Origin: an uncultured delta proteobacterium
Lineage (GTDB): Bacteria; Desulfobacterota; BSN033; UBA1163
Length of the DNA stretch: 64,000 nt
Assembly (NCBI GenBank): GCA_963827685.1
Contig: CAWHBU010000002.1
Span: 128,001-192,000 of the forward strand
Reading direction: 5' to 3'
The notes beneath the pieces are model-generated. The model had not been told where the DNA came from. It did not search any database and saw only the letters and a program-made list of their open reading frames with translations. Both the position numbers and the translations under genes were made by a program. The stretch's first letter is position 1, and each line of letters opens with the position of its first letter. Shown piece after piece: positions 51,983 to 61,961 of this stretch.

Positions 51983-53110
51983 CTAAATCAACGCAAGGCT
52001 ATCGGCGACGGCGAGGCCGGTTTGCGTAGGATAGAGGCGGCCATCCTGGATAGAGATAAGGCCTTCTTCCCGAAGCTTGTCTATAATTTCCTTTTTTTCA
52101 GCGAAGAGATCGTAGTCATACCGGTTCTTAAAATCATGAAGGGAGACTCCTTTTTTCGTCCGGAGACCAAGGTAGAGCGCCTCCAATCTCAGCTGCTCCA
52201 TCGTCAGGATTTCTATCTCTTCAACAGGAAGATTCCCCGCGTTAATTGCAGCGAGGTATTGATCAAGGGAACGATGGTTCCACCAGCGCCGATTGGGCTG
52301 GAAGGAGTGGGCCGAAGGACCAAGACCAAGGTAAGGGGAGTGGTCCCAATATTTTTGATTGTGTCGGGAGGAATATTTTGTTCCCCTTGCAAAGTTCGAT
52401 ACTTCATAATGGATATACCCGGCATCTTCCAGAAACTCAGACGTCTTTATAAAAAAATCATACTGCAATTCTTCTCCGGGCATGAGGAACTCTCCGGCCT
52501 GGTACCTTATCCCCAAAGGGGTTTTCGCCCCGAGCGTTAATTGATAACAGGAGAGATGCTCCGGTGAAAAGGCGACGGCCTGTCTCAAGGTATTCAGCCA
52601 TGAGTTCATGTCTTGTCCAGGAACGCCGTAGATCAGATCGAGTCCCATATTTTGAAACCCAGCCTTTCTTGAGGTCTCAATGGCTGAAATCGCCTGCTTT
52701 GCAGAATGCCTTCTACTCAAGAAGTCCAACACTTTATCATCAAAAGATTGGATTCCGATGTTGATTCGATTGATTCCCATCTCACGCATCGATTCAAGCA
52801 AAGATTGATGGAGGTCAGCCGGGTTCGTCTCGACAGTTATTTCCGTGTCCGCCATGAGATCGAAGTTTTTCTGCACACCCGTCACGATGTCTTTTAGCTG
52901 TTGGGGGCTGAGAAGGGAAGGGGTTCCGCCTCCAATGTAGAGCGTATCAAAAATATCGAACCTGTTACGGTACACCTCCATCTCTTTGAAAAGGGCTTTT
53001 AGAAAATCAGGGATAGCAGAGATAGATGTTAACGAATAAAAATCACAGTAGTGACATTTGCTAAAGCAAAAGGGAATGTGAATGTAGAGACCGGGAGTTT
53101 TTGAGAGCAT
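51983..53110 (-). CDS. hemW: Radical SAM heme chaperone HemW (HemN-like)
   Basis: YIHIPFCxxKCxYCDF, GGGTPS, YEVSN, HNQKYW; downstream of lepA. Confidence 0.9.
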   Translation of the reverse strand: MLSKTPGLYIHIPFCFSKCHYCDFYSLTSISAIPDFLKALFKEMEVYRNRFDIFDTLYIGGGTPSLLSPQQLKDIVTGVQKNFDLMADTEITVETNPADLHQSLLESMREMGINRINIGIQSFDDKVLDFLSRRHSAKQAISAIETSRKAGFQNMGLDLIYGVPGQDMNSWLNTLRQAVAFSPEHLSCYQLTLGAKTPLGIRYQAGEFLMPGEELQYDFFIKTSEFLEDAGYIHYEVSNFARGTKYSSRHNQKYWDHSPYLGLGPSAHSFQPNRRWWNHRSLDQYLAAINAGNLPVEEIEILTMEQLRLEALYLGLRTKKGVSLHDFKNRYDYDLFAEKKEIIDKLREEGLISIQDGRLYPTQTGLAVADSLALI

Positions 53111-53119
53111 ATTAAACCA

Positions 53120-53211
53120 GAGGTTAAGGTTCAGGTTGAGGTTGAGATAAGAGAACCAAGGTCAAGGTTGAAGGTTAAGGTTTTCTTAACCTTAGCCTTA
53201 ATCTCAACCTG
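53120..53211. repeat. Inverted hexamer arrays (NAGGTT)n...(AACCTN)n
   Basis: Read directly; fills the lepA-hemW spacer. Confidence 0.85.
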
Positions 53212-53215
53212 CTTT

Positions 53216-55015
53216 TTAGTTGTCCGTGTTCGTTTTCAAAACAGCTAAGAAGGCACTCTGAGGGATGGACACCGACCCGATTGTCTTCATCCTCTTTTTA
53301 CCTTTCTTCTGCTTCTCTAAGAGCTTTCGCTTACGGGTAATGTCGCCTCCGTAGCACTTTGCCGTCACATCCTTACGAAAGGGAGAAATTGTCGTACGGG
53401 CTATGATCTCTCCTCCGATGGCTCCTTGAATCGCTATTTTAAACATCTGTCGAGGAATTTCTTCCTTTAATCTTTCGCAGGCTCGCAGGGCACGGGCACG
53501 GGCTTGATCACGATGGACAATTTGCGACAGGGCATCGACTTTCTCGCCGTTGACCAGGATGTCCACCAGGACCAGGGTACTCTCTCTGTAGTCGAGGACC
53601 TCGTAATCAAAGGACCCGTATCCCTGGGTGACGGATTTGAAACGATCATAAAAATCATAAATCACGTCGGCCAGAGGCATCTCATAAGTCAACTCTACGC
53701 GGCCCGGGCCCAGGTAGTTGAGCTTCGAGTTTTCACCTCGCTTCTCCATGCAGAGTTTCATCACAACGCCGAGATATCTTTCCGGCATGAGCAGGGTGGC
53801 ACGAATATAGGGCTCTTCTCCTTTATCAATGGAGACAGGATCCGGGTAGTGAGCGGGATTGTCAACGAACTCGACGCTTCCGTCTTTCAATGTAAACCGA
53901 TAACGGACGCTCGGGACGGAAAGAATGATGGAAAGATCATATTCCCGTTCCACCCTTTCCTGGACGATTTCGAGATGAAGGAGACCGAGAAATCCGCACC
54001 GGAAGCCCTGTCCCAAGGCAATTGAGGAATCTTTCTGATAGACAAAGGCCGAATCATTCAACTTATATTTTTCAAGGGCAACGGCAAGGTCTTCATAGTC
54101 CTCAGGAGCAATGGGATAGATGGAAGAGAAGACCACCGGCTTGAATTCCTTAAAGCCGGGGAGGGATTTGTCACAAGGTTGGTCATCGAGGGTAATCGTA
54201 TCGCCGATGTGCACGTCCGACACGGTCTTGACACTTGCAAAAATATAACCCACCTCTCCGGCGGAGATCTTGTCACGTTTTTCTCTGGCGAGCAGGAATC
54301 GCCCCACTTCCTCGACCTTGTAAGTCGCCTGATTGGACATCAAGCGAATGATATCTCCATTCTTCACGGTTCCATTAAAGACGCGGCAGTGGATCACCGT
54401 TCCACGAAAAGAATCATACTGGGCATCGAAGATCAGGGCAGCCAGCGGTCCTTTCGGGTCCCCTTTCGGAGGAGGGATTCTTTTAACAATGGCCTCCAGA
54501 ATTTCTTCGATACCTATTCCTTCTTTGGCCGAGCATTTTAGATAACTAAAAGGATCCAATCCCAACTCCGAGTCGATCTGTTCAACCACCCGTTCCACAT
54601 CTGCCGTGGGAAGATCGATCTTGTTGATGACCGGGATGATTTCTAGGTTATTTTCCATGGCTAAATAAAGATTGGCAATCGTCTGAGCCTGCACGCCCTG
54701 AGCCGCATCAATCAGAAGAAGGACGCCTTCGCAAGATGCCAGGGAGCGAGAAACCTCATAAGAAAAGTCCACATGACCCGGTGTGTCGATTAAATTGAGA
54801 ACATACTCCTCTCCATCTCTAGCATGATAGGGAAGGGCAATGGCCTGACTCTTGATGGTGATCCCTCGCTCGCGCTCGATGTCCATATTATCCAGAATCT
54901 GATCCTTGAAGTTTCGTTCATCGACCATGCCGGTGTATTGAATGAAGCGGTCCGCAAGGGTCGATTTTCCGTGATCAATGTGTGCGATGATGCTAAAGTT
55001 TCGGATGTTTTTCAT
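53216..55015 (-). CDS. lepA: Elongation factor 4
   Basis: IRNFSIIAHIDHGKST, ERERGITIK, DTPGH, KCYGGDITRK. Confidence 0.98.
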   Translation of the reverse strand: MKNIRNFSIIAHIDHGKSTLADRFIQYTGMVDERNFKDQILDNMDIERERGITIKSQAIALPYHARDGEEYVLNLIDTPGHVDFSYEVSRSLASCEGVLLLIDAAQGVQAQTIANLYLAMENNLEIIPVINKIDLPTADVERVVEQIDSELGLDPFSYLKCSAKEGIGIEEILEAIVKRIPPPKGDPKGPLAALIFDAQYDSFRGTVIHCRVFNGTVKNGDIIRLMSNQATYKVEEVGRFLLAREKRDKISAGEVGYIFASVKTVSDVHIGDTITLDDQPCDKSLPGFKEFKPVVFSSIYPIAPEDYEDLAVALEKYKLNDSAFVYQKDSSIALGQGFRCGFLGLLHLEIVQERVEREYDLSIILSVPSVRYRFTLKDGSVEFVDNPAHYPDPVSIDKGEEPYIRATLLMPERYLGVVMKLCMEKRGENSKLNYLGPGRVELTYEMPLADVIYDFYDRFKSVTQGYGSFDYEVLDYRESTLVLVDILVNGEKVDALSQIVHRDQARARALRACERLKEEIPRQMFKIAIQGAIGGEIIARTTISPFRKDVTAKCYGGDITRKRKLLEKQKKGKKRMKTIGSVSIPQSAFLAVLKTNTDN

Positions 55016-55137
55016 GGATCTATTTTAGAAATCCGGGTTATTTCTCAGAGTTGTCTTAAAGGATTTACGGAATCTCTCGGAGAAATTAAATAGTTATAAC
55101 CTAAATTGAGCGATTCTACGATTGAATCGTTCAAGAT

Positions 55138-55199
55138 TGTCATTCCCGCGGAGGCGGGAATTCAGAAAATGCTGGATTCCCATTTTCACGGGAATGACA
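55138..55199. repeat. Palindromic REP-like element (dRS3/RPE-like GTCATTCCCGC...CGGGAATGAC)
   Basis: TGTCATTCCCGCGGAGGCGGGAAT...ATTCCCATTTTCACGGGAATGACA. Confidence 0.75.
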
Positions 55200-55458
55200 C
55201 CTTAAGTGTTTGGATGCAATTATCGGTCAAATTCTTAATTTGGACAAAAGTGATATGTAGTGAAAAGTGCAGCCTGACGCCCTTCTGTCATTATGAGAAG
55301 TTGAAAGAAGATTTATTTTTTTCCCTTTGCTGTAGAACAAGGAAGGTTGACTTAGAAACTGCATGTCAATTTTAAGTCAACTTTACTTGACTTATATGAG
55401 AAAATATAATATAAGTCAAAATAAGTTGTCTTAGATGAAAGCATAGAGGGAATGTCGT

Positions 55459-56616
55459 ATGGATGGAAGAGCAGGGACATTTGTAATGCAGCCAGGTGGT
55501 TATAAGGCGTTTATTCCTAACCCTTTACCTCCTTCCCCACCTATTCGGTACGATGAGAAATTGCAGTTATTGCTTTCGAAAGCAGATAGGGCCCTTGCAA
55601 GATTAGACGGGATTACAACTGTTTTGCCTAATCCAGATCTTTTTATTGCTATGTATGTGAAAAAAGAGGCTCTTCTGAGTTCTCAGATTGAAGGAACCCA
55701 AGCATCCCTTGAAGGAGTTCTAGAATTTGAGGCGGATTTAATTCCCAAAGAAAATGTAAATGAGATACAGGAGGTGATTAATTACGTAAGAGCGCTGACT
55801 TATGGAATTGAAAGGCTTAAAGAGCTTCCCATGTCTTTGAGACTCATTAAAGAAATTCACAGAATCCTACTTGAAGAAACAAGAGGCGCCCATAGAAATC
55901 CTGGAGAATTTAGAAAATCTCAAAATTGGATTGGCCCTCCCGGTGCCTCTTTAACCGAGGCCATATATGTTCCTCCACCACCTGAAGCGGTGTTACCTAC
56001 AATGGGGGACCTCGAAATATTTTTTCATCGTAAAAACAATAATATTCCTCCTCTGGTTAAAATCGCTTTAATCCATTCTCAATTTGAAACAATCCATCCC
56101 TTTTTAGATGGAAATGGAAGAATTGGAAGGCTTCTCATCACGTTTTATCTTTTTTGGCAGGAAATCCTGTCCAAACCACTTTTGTATTTGAGCTTTTATC
56201 TAAAAAAGAACAGAGCTGAATATTATGATTTGCTGATGAAAGTACGATTAAAAGGAGGATGGGAAGATTGGATAACATTTTTTCTTAAAGGTATTAGTGA
56301 AACCTCAGAAGAAGCAGCGAAGACTGCCAGAGAGGTCATCCAATTAAAGGAAGATTTGTTAACAAGACTTCATAAAAATTCTATCTCAAGTGTTTATAGC
56401 GTTAAACTCATAGACCTGCTTTTTCAAACCCCATTAGTAAATGTTAAAGATGTCTCTGGAAAATTGAATATTTCAAAAGAGGCGGCAAATGAACTGGTTA
56501 AGAAATTTGAGAAGGTAGGTGTCTTAAAAGAAATAACGGGCAAACAAAGATATAAGAAATATAGCTTTAAGGAATATATCGAGATTATAGCAAGGGGGAC
56601 AAAGGATAAATCATAA
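55459..56616 (+). CDS. Fic-family protein with N-terminal inhibitory motif and C-terminal HTH
   Basis: HPFLDGNGRIGR; SSQIEG. Confidence 0.93.
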   Translation: MDGRAGTFVMQPGGYKAFIPNPLPPSPPIRYDEKLQLLLSKADRALARLDGITTVLPNPDLFIAMYVKKEALLSSQIEGTQASLEGVLEFEADLIPKENVNEIQEVINYVRALTYGIERLKELPMSLRLIKEIHRILLEETRGAHRNPGEFRKSQNWIGPPGASLTEAIYVPPPPEAVLPTMGDLEIFFHRKNNNIPPLVKIALIHSQFETIHPFLDGNGRIGRLLITFYLFWQEILSKPLLYLSFYLKKNRAEYYDLLMKVRLKGGWEDWITFFLKGISETSEEAAKTAREVIQLKEDLLTRLHKNSISSVYSVKLIDLLFQTPLVNVKDVSGKLNISKEAANELVKKFEKVGVLKEITGKQRYKKYSFKEYIEIIARGTKDKS

Positions 56617-57322
56617 AGAGAGGTTGAAAGAAGACTCGACTGTTAGATATGCTTTAAGTAACATAGAAAAACCCCCATTTTGCAATATACAACATTATGC
56701 CACATAATACCACATTCAATTTATTGCATTCAATTTATTGCAATTCAGACACTAAAAGGTCTGAGGTTAGGGTGGAGAGGCGGTTTAGGGTGTAAAGAGC
56801 TTCTGCTGCCCTGGGCGGGGGCGTTGGTTAAAATTCTATGATTGTGTTGTGGAGAGATGCTCCTGTAAGAGGAGAGGGATTTTTGTTGCCCTCAGGGACG
56901 TAGGTTCTAAAACAACTTGGCGATTGAAGCAAAATAACTGTCAGGCCTTGAAAGATGAATCAAGGTCAAAGACGGTTTCAAATAATTTCTTCTCGTGAAC
57001 CACGAGAAAGAGTGCGAGCAAGTCTATTTTATTAGCATTCTCTCAAGTCTTATCACAAGACGTTCGTATCTAAGTGGTGCCTCTGTCCGTTCATCACGTC
57101 TTAAGCCCCTGCTTCTTTCTCACAAAATCCATCCAACCGCTACTTTCGCAATTGCGGACTTCATGCAAAAGCTTATGTCTCCCCGTAACTGGAGTCAAGA
57201 ATCAAGTTTTGTTAGGGAGAAGTCACTTCCAAATCTGACGGTGTTTGTTAATCCAAGTGGAAGTGTGCCTGTGCTTGAAATGAGAATTGAAAGGGTTAGA
57301 TTTGCTAATCTATTGTCAAACG

Positions 57323-57730
57323 TTATGAACCCGGCGTGATTATTTTAAGCTTTGGGAAATAGGTTCGATAGCGAGCGATATCCCTGGTTAGCAGAGGGAT
57401 TCCAACAACAGCGGCATGGGCTCCGATAAAAAAATCAGGGAGGGGAGAGCTTTTCTTTCCTCTTCTCCGGCGATATGCTAAAAAGCATTTGGCCGCGAGG
57501 AAGGCCGCCTCCCATGGAATGGGGTCCCGTCGGAAAAAAGCCGAAGGCAATACTTCCTCTACATCCTCAATTCGATCAAATCCTACTGATACCTCTGCAT
57601 AAATAATCGGATTGATGACCAGGGTATGGTTCTCAGCATACTTTGCAAGTGCTTGGGAGGACCAAGGAAACCATTTCTTATCTTCTGTTACGATATCCAG
57701 AATGACATTGCTATCCACAAGGATGTCCAT
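57323..57730 (-). CDS. vapC: VapC PIN-domain toxin
   Basis: ILVDSNVILD, YAEVS, PLPDFFIGAHA, LLTRD. Confidence 0.9.
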   Translation of the reverse strand: MDILVDSNVILDIVTEDKKWFPWSSQALAKYAENHTLVINPIIYAEVSVGFDRIEDVEEVLPSAFFRRDPIPWEAAFLAAKCFLAYRRRRGKKSSPLPDFFIGAHAAVVGIPLLTRDIARYRTYFPKLKIITPGS

Positions 57731-57733
57731 GGG

Positions 57734-57958
57734 TTACCCTCGGGTCAGCGCTAAAATCTCATCCGTCGTCATCTTGACTGTTGCTTTCCGACGCATTTGG
57801 TTGATCAGATGACGACTCCGTTTCGATGAAAATTCTACTCTCTCCAAGAAAACGGTATTTCCTGTTATCTTGAACTTCACTTCTGTATCTGGGAGGAATC
57901 CCATCTTCTCCCGAATTTCAATGGGGATCGTGACCTGACCTTTTGATGTGATACGCAT
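57734..57958 (-). CDS. AbrB/MazE-type antitoxin
   Basis: MRITSKGQVTIP, upstream of the PIN toxin. Confidence 0.9.
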   Translation of the reverse strand: MRITSKGQVTIPIEIREKMGFLPDTEVKFKITGNTVFLERVEFSSKRSRHLINQMRRKATVKMTTDEILALTRG

Positions 57959-58071
57959 CGCCGACCTCCTTTCTGATTCTTACTTGTATTATTCTTACAT
58001 AAGGTATTGAAAAAATCAACCCTTATTAGATTTCTCTTGGTTCAATTAAACAAATTCCCGTCTAATTCGCT

Positions 58072-59607
58072 TCACGTGGGATGGGGTATATGGAATCCAT
58101 CACAAAAGAACGGGGCGTGGTTGGAGGTGAATACAGGTGGATCTCTTCTCAAAATCGACGCAACGGCAGGATGTCTCTTGAATTCCTTGTCCAGGAATTG
58201 CCTGATCAATTGCCTGCTCCATCCCTTCGGATGATCGAAGCTCGTATAAAGGGAAAGGTCCCCTTCATAAAAGGTTTTTGTCTCCATCTGTTGGACTTCC
58301 GGCCCATAGATCGGCATATTGAAAATGGCAAGATTCAAGAACCCAATGCAGTCCTGATGTTTAACAACAAACTCAAGGGTTCTTCGGGCTTCTATCAGTC
58401 CTTCGGGAGGAGTTCCAAAAAGAAGATAGACATAGGTGGAAATTCCTACCTTTTTCAGATTTTTTAAAGCGGATGAAGCTTCCTCAAGATTGATTCCCTT
58501 TTGCATGGAGTCGAGCACAGTTTGGTCTCCTGATTCCAGACCGAGTTTCAACATCACACATCCTGATTGCTTCAGGGCCAGACAGAAATCCGGATCAATC
58601 AAATGGCGGGTAATCCTGGCAAAGCCGTACCATGGCGCACCCGGAGGATGTTCGGAAATTGCCTTCATCAGTGACGGACTGATCGCGTTATCCAGAAAAT
58701 GGATAAGAACCGGCTTATTTTTATCGACCAGGTGGAGAAGATCATCGATCGCCTCCTCAACAGGAATGGCATGATAAGAATTTCCCTCGGCCCTTTCCGG
58801 ACAAAATGAGCACTTATTCCAATAACATCCGCTTGAGGAACCGTAGGGGAGAATTGGCCCGGGGGCAAAGTAGTCTCTTACAGGGAAAGAATCATAGTTG
58901 GGCCTGAAATGATTATCTCCAAACTGTAATACTCCCATGAGCGAAAGCAAAGAGGCTTCTCCCGGTCCGGCCACAAGATGATCCACGAGCCCCTTAAAGG
59001 GGTTTTGCCAGTGAGGGTTTCTCATCCATGAAGTCACAAGCCCTCCGCCCAAAACCAATTTTACTCTGGGGTACGCTCGCCAGAGAAAACCAATCATTGC
59101 GAACGTGCACAGGGCCTGGGTTAAATAATTAAGCGAAACTCCGATGATCGAAGGTTGCTCACTCTTCAAATAATCAGTGAGCCGTTTTTTAAAATAGGGA
59201 TAGAAGGGATTGTTTTCCGGATTTTCTGCGGCTCTGATAAGATCTGCGCTCCTTGCGGGAGAGAGTTCTTCATGCTGATAATTCGCCAAACCGAGACGGA
59301 CACGACTGGAACGTGCCGCCATCTCGAGAAGCCGGTTCAGATCCTTAATGGCCCGGCGATAACGGCCGTTATCCTGGTAGGCGTCCCAACAGTTCAACGA
59401 AGTGAGATGTCTGGAAAGATGACGCGCTGCCCGGGAAGTCCAGGTATCCGATGACGCAGGTAGAGTGTTCAGGAGGCTGAGAAGACCCTCTAAATTCGCA
59501 TCCAAAACCCTGTATCTTACTTGGTGGTGATTCAGGGCACCGCAGAGTTTAGCTATACCCGCTGGAGGCTCACATGGTTTGGCAACAGGAGGGTAGATGA
59601 GAATCAT
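58072..59607 (-). CDS. Radical SAM protein with N-terminal B12-binding-like domain
   Basis: CYWNKCSFC, LVLGGG, GLESG. Function unknown. Confidence 0.85.
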   Translation of the reverse strand: MILIYPPVAKPCEPPAGIAKLCGALNHHQVRYRVLDANLEGLLSLLNTLPASSDTWTSRAARHLSRHLTSLNCWDAYQDNGRYRRAIKDLNRLLEMAARSSRVRLGLANYQHEELSPARSADLIRAAENPENNPFYPYFKKRLTDYLKSEQPSIIGVSLNYLTQALCTFAMIGFLWRAYPRVKLVLGGGLVTSWMRNPHWQNPFKGLVDHLVAGPGEASLLSLMGVLQFGDNHFRPNYDSFPVRDYFAPGPILPYGSSSGCYWNKCSFCPERAEGNSYHAIPVEEAIDDLLHLVDKNKPVLIHFLDNAISPSLMKAISEHPPGAPWYGFARITRHLIDPDFCLALKQSGCVMLKLGLESGDQTVLDSMQKGINLEEASSALKNLKKVGISTYVYLLFGTPPEGLIEARRTLEFVVKHQDCIGFLNLAIFNMPIYGPEVQQMETKTFYEGDLSLYTSFDHPKGWSRQLIRQFLDKEFKRHPAVASILRRDPPVFTSNHAPFFCDGFHIPHPT

Positions 59608-59689
59608 GTGCTTGATGATCGTATCATTGGATACTTACTTATTGAAATTTGAGAATTTATCTCTAACATTTAAACCAATTTCCCTAAGA

Positions 59690-59787
59690 GCCTCCCCTCC
59701 CCACCGTGGGAGGGGATGAAGGGGAGGGGGAGCCAATCGATTTTGTCCACCCCCACCCTGACCCTCCCCCATCGAAGGGGGAGGGAA
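59690..59787. repeat. GC-rich double-hairpin intergenic repeat (CCCCTCCC...GGGAGGGG family; fragment also near 18215-18250)
   Basis: CCCCTCCC-CACCGT-GGGAGGGG...CCCTCCCCC-ATCGAA-GGGGGAGGG. Confidence 0.75.
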
Positions 59788-59931
59788 TATACAGGGAAGA
59801 TTTCAAATATCTTTGGTTGGAATTTACCTCATTAGAAATAATGCCCCGCTCGGTTTTGAGCCGTTCGACTGTGCTCACGGCGACTGCAATTTCTAAGGGG
59901 GTTTACTTGGACCCGGCAAGACGGTTTTTTA

Positions 59932-61716
59932 CTAAAATGGATATTTTCCCACTTTGATCACGGCATCCGCAATCTCCCTTCTGAGCATCACTGTGTTGAC
60001 GGGAGCAAAACGAGTCAGTTTCTTGAGAGCGGACAACTGGGTCCTGAGTGTATCCCGCTCGGCGATCGCTGACAGGCTCTGCTTTGCACATCCTTCCACC
60101 CGCTCGAAGGCATCATTCACATAGACCTTTGTCATGGCCCTCTGAAGTTGGAAACTCTCATCTCCTGCTTTTTCCATTGTCTTCAACGTTCGCAGCAGGC
60201 CGCTTTCCATTGCGAAGACCTCAATCGCCATATCGCTGATCAAACCCACGATCTCCTGTTCCTCTGCCAGCTGCATCCTATACTTCTGAATCGCTGCTCC
60301 TGTGACCAGAAGGGCAATCTTCTTTGACATCTCCACCATTTCCTTCTGCATGCTCAACTTCTCATCATCCATTTCCACTTTCAGCTGGAGGGTAGGGAGT
60401 TCATTTGCGACCTTCTGCTCTGCATCGAGCATGGGGAGGCGATTCTTCATGGCGCGCTTTACCAGCATATCCATGATGAGGAGACGATTAATCTCATTTG
60501 TCCCCTCCACAATTCGACTGATGCGTGAATCTCGATACCCCCGCTCAACAGGATACTCATGGATATATCCGTACCCTCCGTGGATCTGGACAGCTTCGTC
60601 GGCAACATATCCCGCCGTCTCCGAACAAAAGATCTTATTGATCGAATCTTCAATGTTATACTCCTCAATCCCCTTCGCCATCTGAATCCCAACATCTTCA
60701 GCATGCCGGTCAATACGCCGGAGAATAAGATCGGTCAGGCCTGCGGTGCGGTAAATCATGCTCTCCATGACAAAACATCGAATCGCCATCTCTCCAATCT
60801 TCTGTTTGATCAGACCGAATTCGGCAATCGGCCGACCGAACTGAACCCTCTGTTTTGCGTACATTACCGCTTCCTGCAGGGCTTTCTTCGATCCCCCCAG
60901 ACAACCTGCACCCAAGGTGAAACGAGCAATATTCAGGACGTTTAAAGCCACGATATGGCCCCTACCAATCTCGCCGAGAAGATTCTCCACCGGGACCTTC
61001 ACATTGGTGAAGATTACGCTTCGGGTCGAGGAGCCTTTCATCCCCATCTTATTCTCTTCTTCATCCAGCGAAACCCCTTCGAAAATCCGCTCGACAATGA
61101 AGGCGGTGAATTTTTCTCCATTCACCTTGGCATAGGTGACGAAGGTATCGGCAATGCCTGCATTAGTGATGAACTGCTTCTGGCCATTCAGAATGTAAAA
61201 TTTTCCATCAGGGCTGAGAGTAGCCGTCGTCTTGGCGTTCAGGGCATCCGAACCGGCTTCGGGCTCTGTCAGGGCATATGCGCCAATGAACTCTCCTGTG
61301 GCCAACTTGGGTAGATAACGGATCTTCTGGCCCTGATTGCCAAAGAGGACGATGGGAAGAGAACCAGGGCCGGTATGGACGGAATAGGCAGCCATAAAGG
61401 ATCCTCCTCCGCGAGACAGGTTCTCCATCAACAGGATGACACTGACCTTATCCAAATCCTGCCCTCCATACTCCTCGGCAATGTCTCCAGATAGGAACCC
61501 TAATTCTCCTGCTTTCCTGAGCAGGCTTGGGACGAGCCCCTCTTTCTTCTCTTCAATATCGTCGGCTACCGGTAGAACCTCACCTACTACAAATTCCGTA
61601 GCCGCCTTTGCAATCAGCCGATGCTCTTCAGTAAAATCCTCAGGCGTAAAGATTTCCTGAGGCGAAATCGATTTGATCAAAAATTCTCCCCCTTTAATAT
61701 ACTTCGATTGTTCCAT
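59932..61716 (-). CDS. Acyl-CoA dehydrogenase, long form with C-terminal extension
   Basis: ALTEPEAGSDA, NGQKQFITN, RVQFG, QIHGGYGY, IVEGTNEI. Confidence 0.93.
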   Translation of the reverse strand: MEQSKYIKGGEFLIKSISPQEIFTPEDFTEEHRLIAKAATEFVVGEVLPVADDIEEKKEGLVPSLLRKAGELGFLSGDIAEEYGGQDLDKVSVILLMENLSRGGGSFMAAYSVHTGPGSLPIVLFGNQGQKIRYLPKLATGEFIGAYALTEPEAGSDALNAKTTATLSPDGKFYILNGQKQFITNAGIADTFVTYAKVNGEKFTAFIVERIFEGVSLDEEENKMGMKGSSTRSVIFTNVKVPVENLLGEIGRGHIVALNVLNIARFTLGAGCLGGSKKALQEAVMYAKQRVQFGRPIAEFGLIKQKIGEMAIRCFVMESMIYRTAGLTDLILRRIDRHAEDVGIQMAKGIEEYNIEDSINKIFCSETAGYVADEAVQIHGGYGYIHEYPVERGYRDSRISRIVEGTNEINRLLIMDMLVKRAMKNRLPMLDAEQKVANELPTLQLKVEMDDEKLSMQKEMVEMSKKIALLVTGAAIQKYRMQLAEEQEIVGLISDMAIEVFAMESGLLRTLKTMEKAGDESFQLQRAMTKVYVNDAFERVEGCAKQSLSAIAERDTLRTQLSALKKLTRFAPVNTVMLRREIADAVIKVGKYPF

Positions 61717-61961
61717 GACATCCTCCAACTATCTCAGGCGGGAAGCGGTAATCGACCCAGCCAAGATGATGGCAGAGGGATGTTACTCCTCAGCCACGAC
61801 TTTCGTTCAGGGGTTACGTAAGCATGAATGGAGTGGGAGCGGACTTCGCGTCAGTTGTCATATGCTGCGGCACATGATTTTGAATATCGTCACCTTGGCC
61901 GTCGCCGCCATATTGAAAGCCCCTTGTATTTTTCTCTCAGCCAAAACTGGTCTTCTGGCAA

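Noticed and set aside
51772-53110. Radical SAM plus small Cys peptide as a RiPP system
   Set aside because: The enzyme has HemW motifs in the usual lepA-hemW context and no SPASM domain.
59684-59957. Short ORFs of 64 and 83 aa; also 12761-13123 and 14739-14954
   Set aside because: Translations of palindromic or tandem repeats, or overlaps with real genes.
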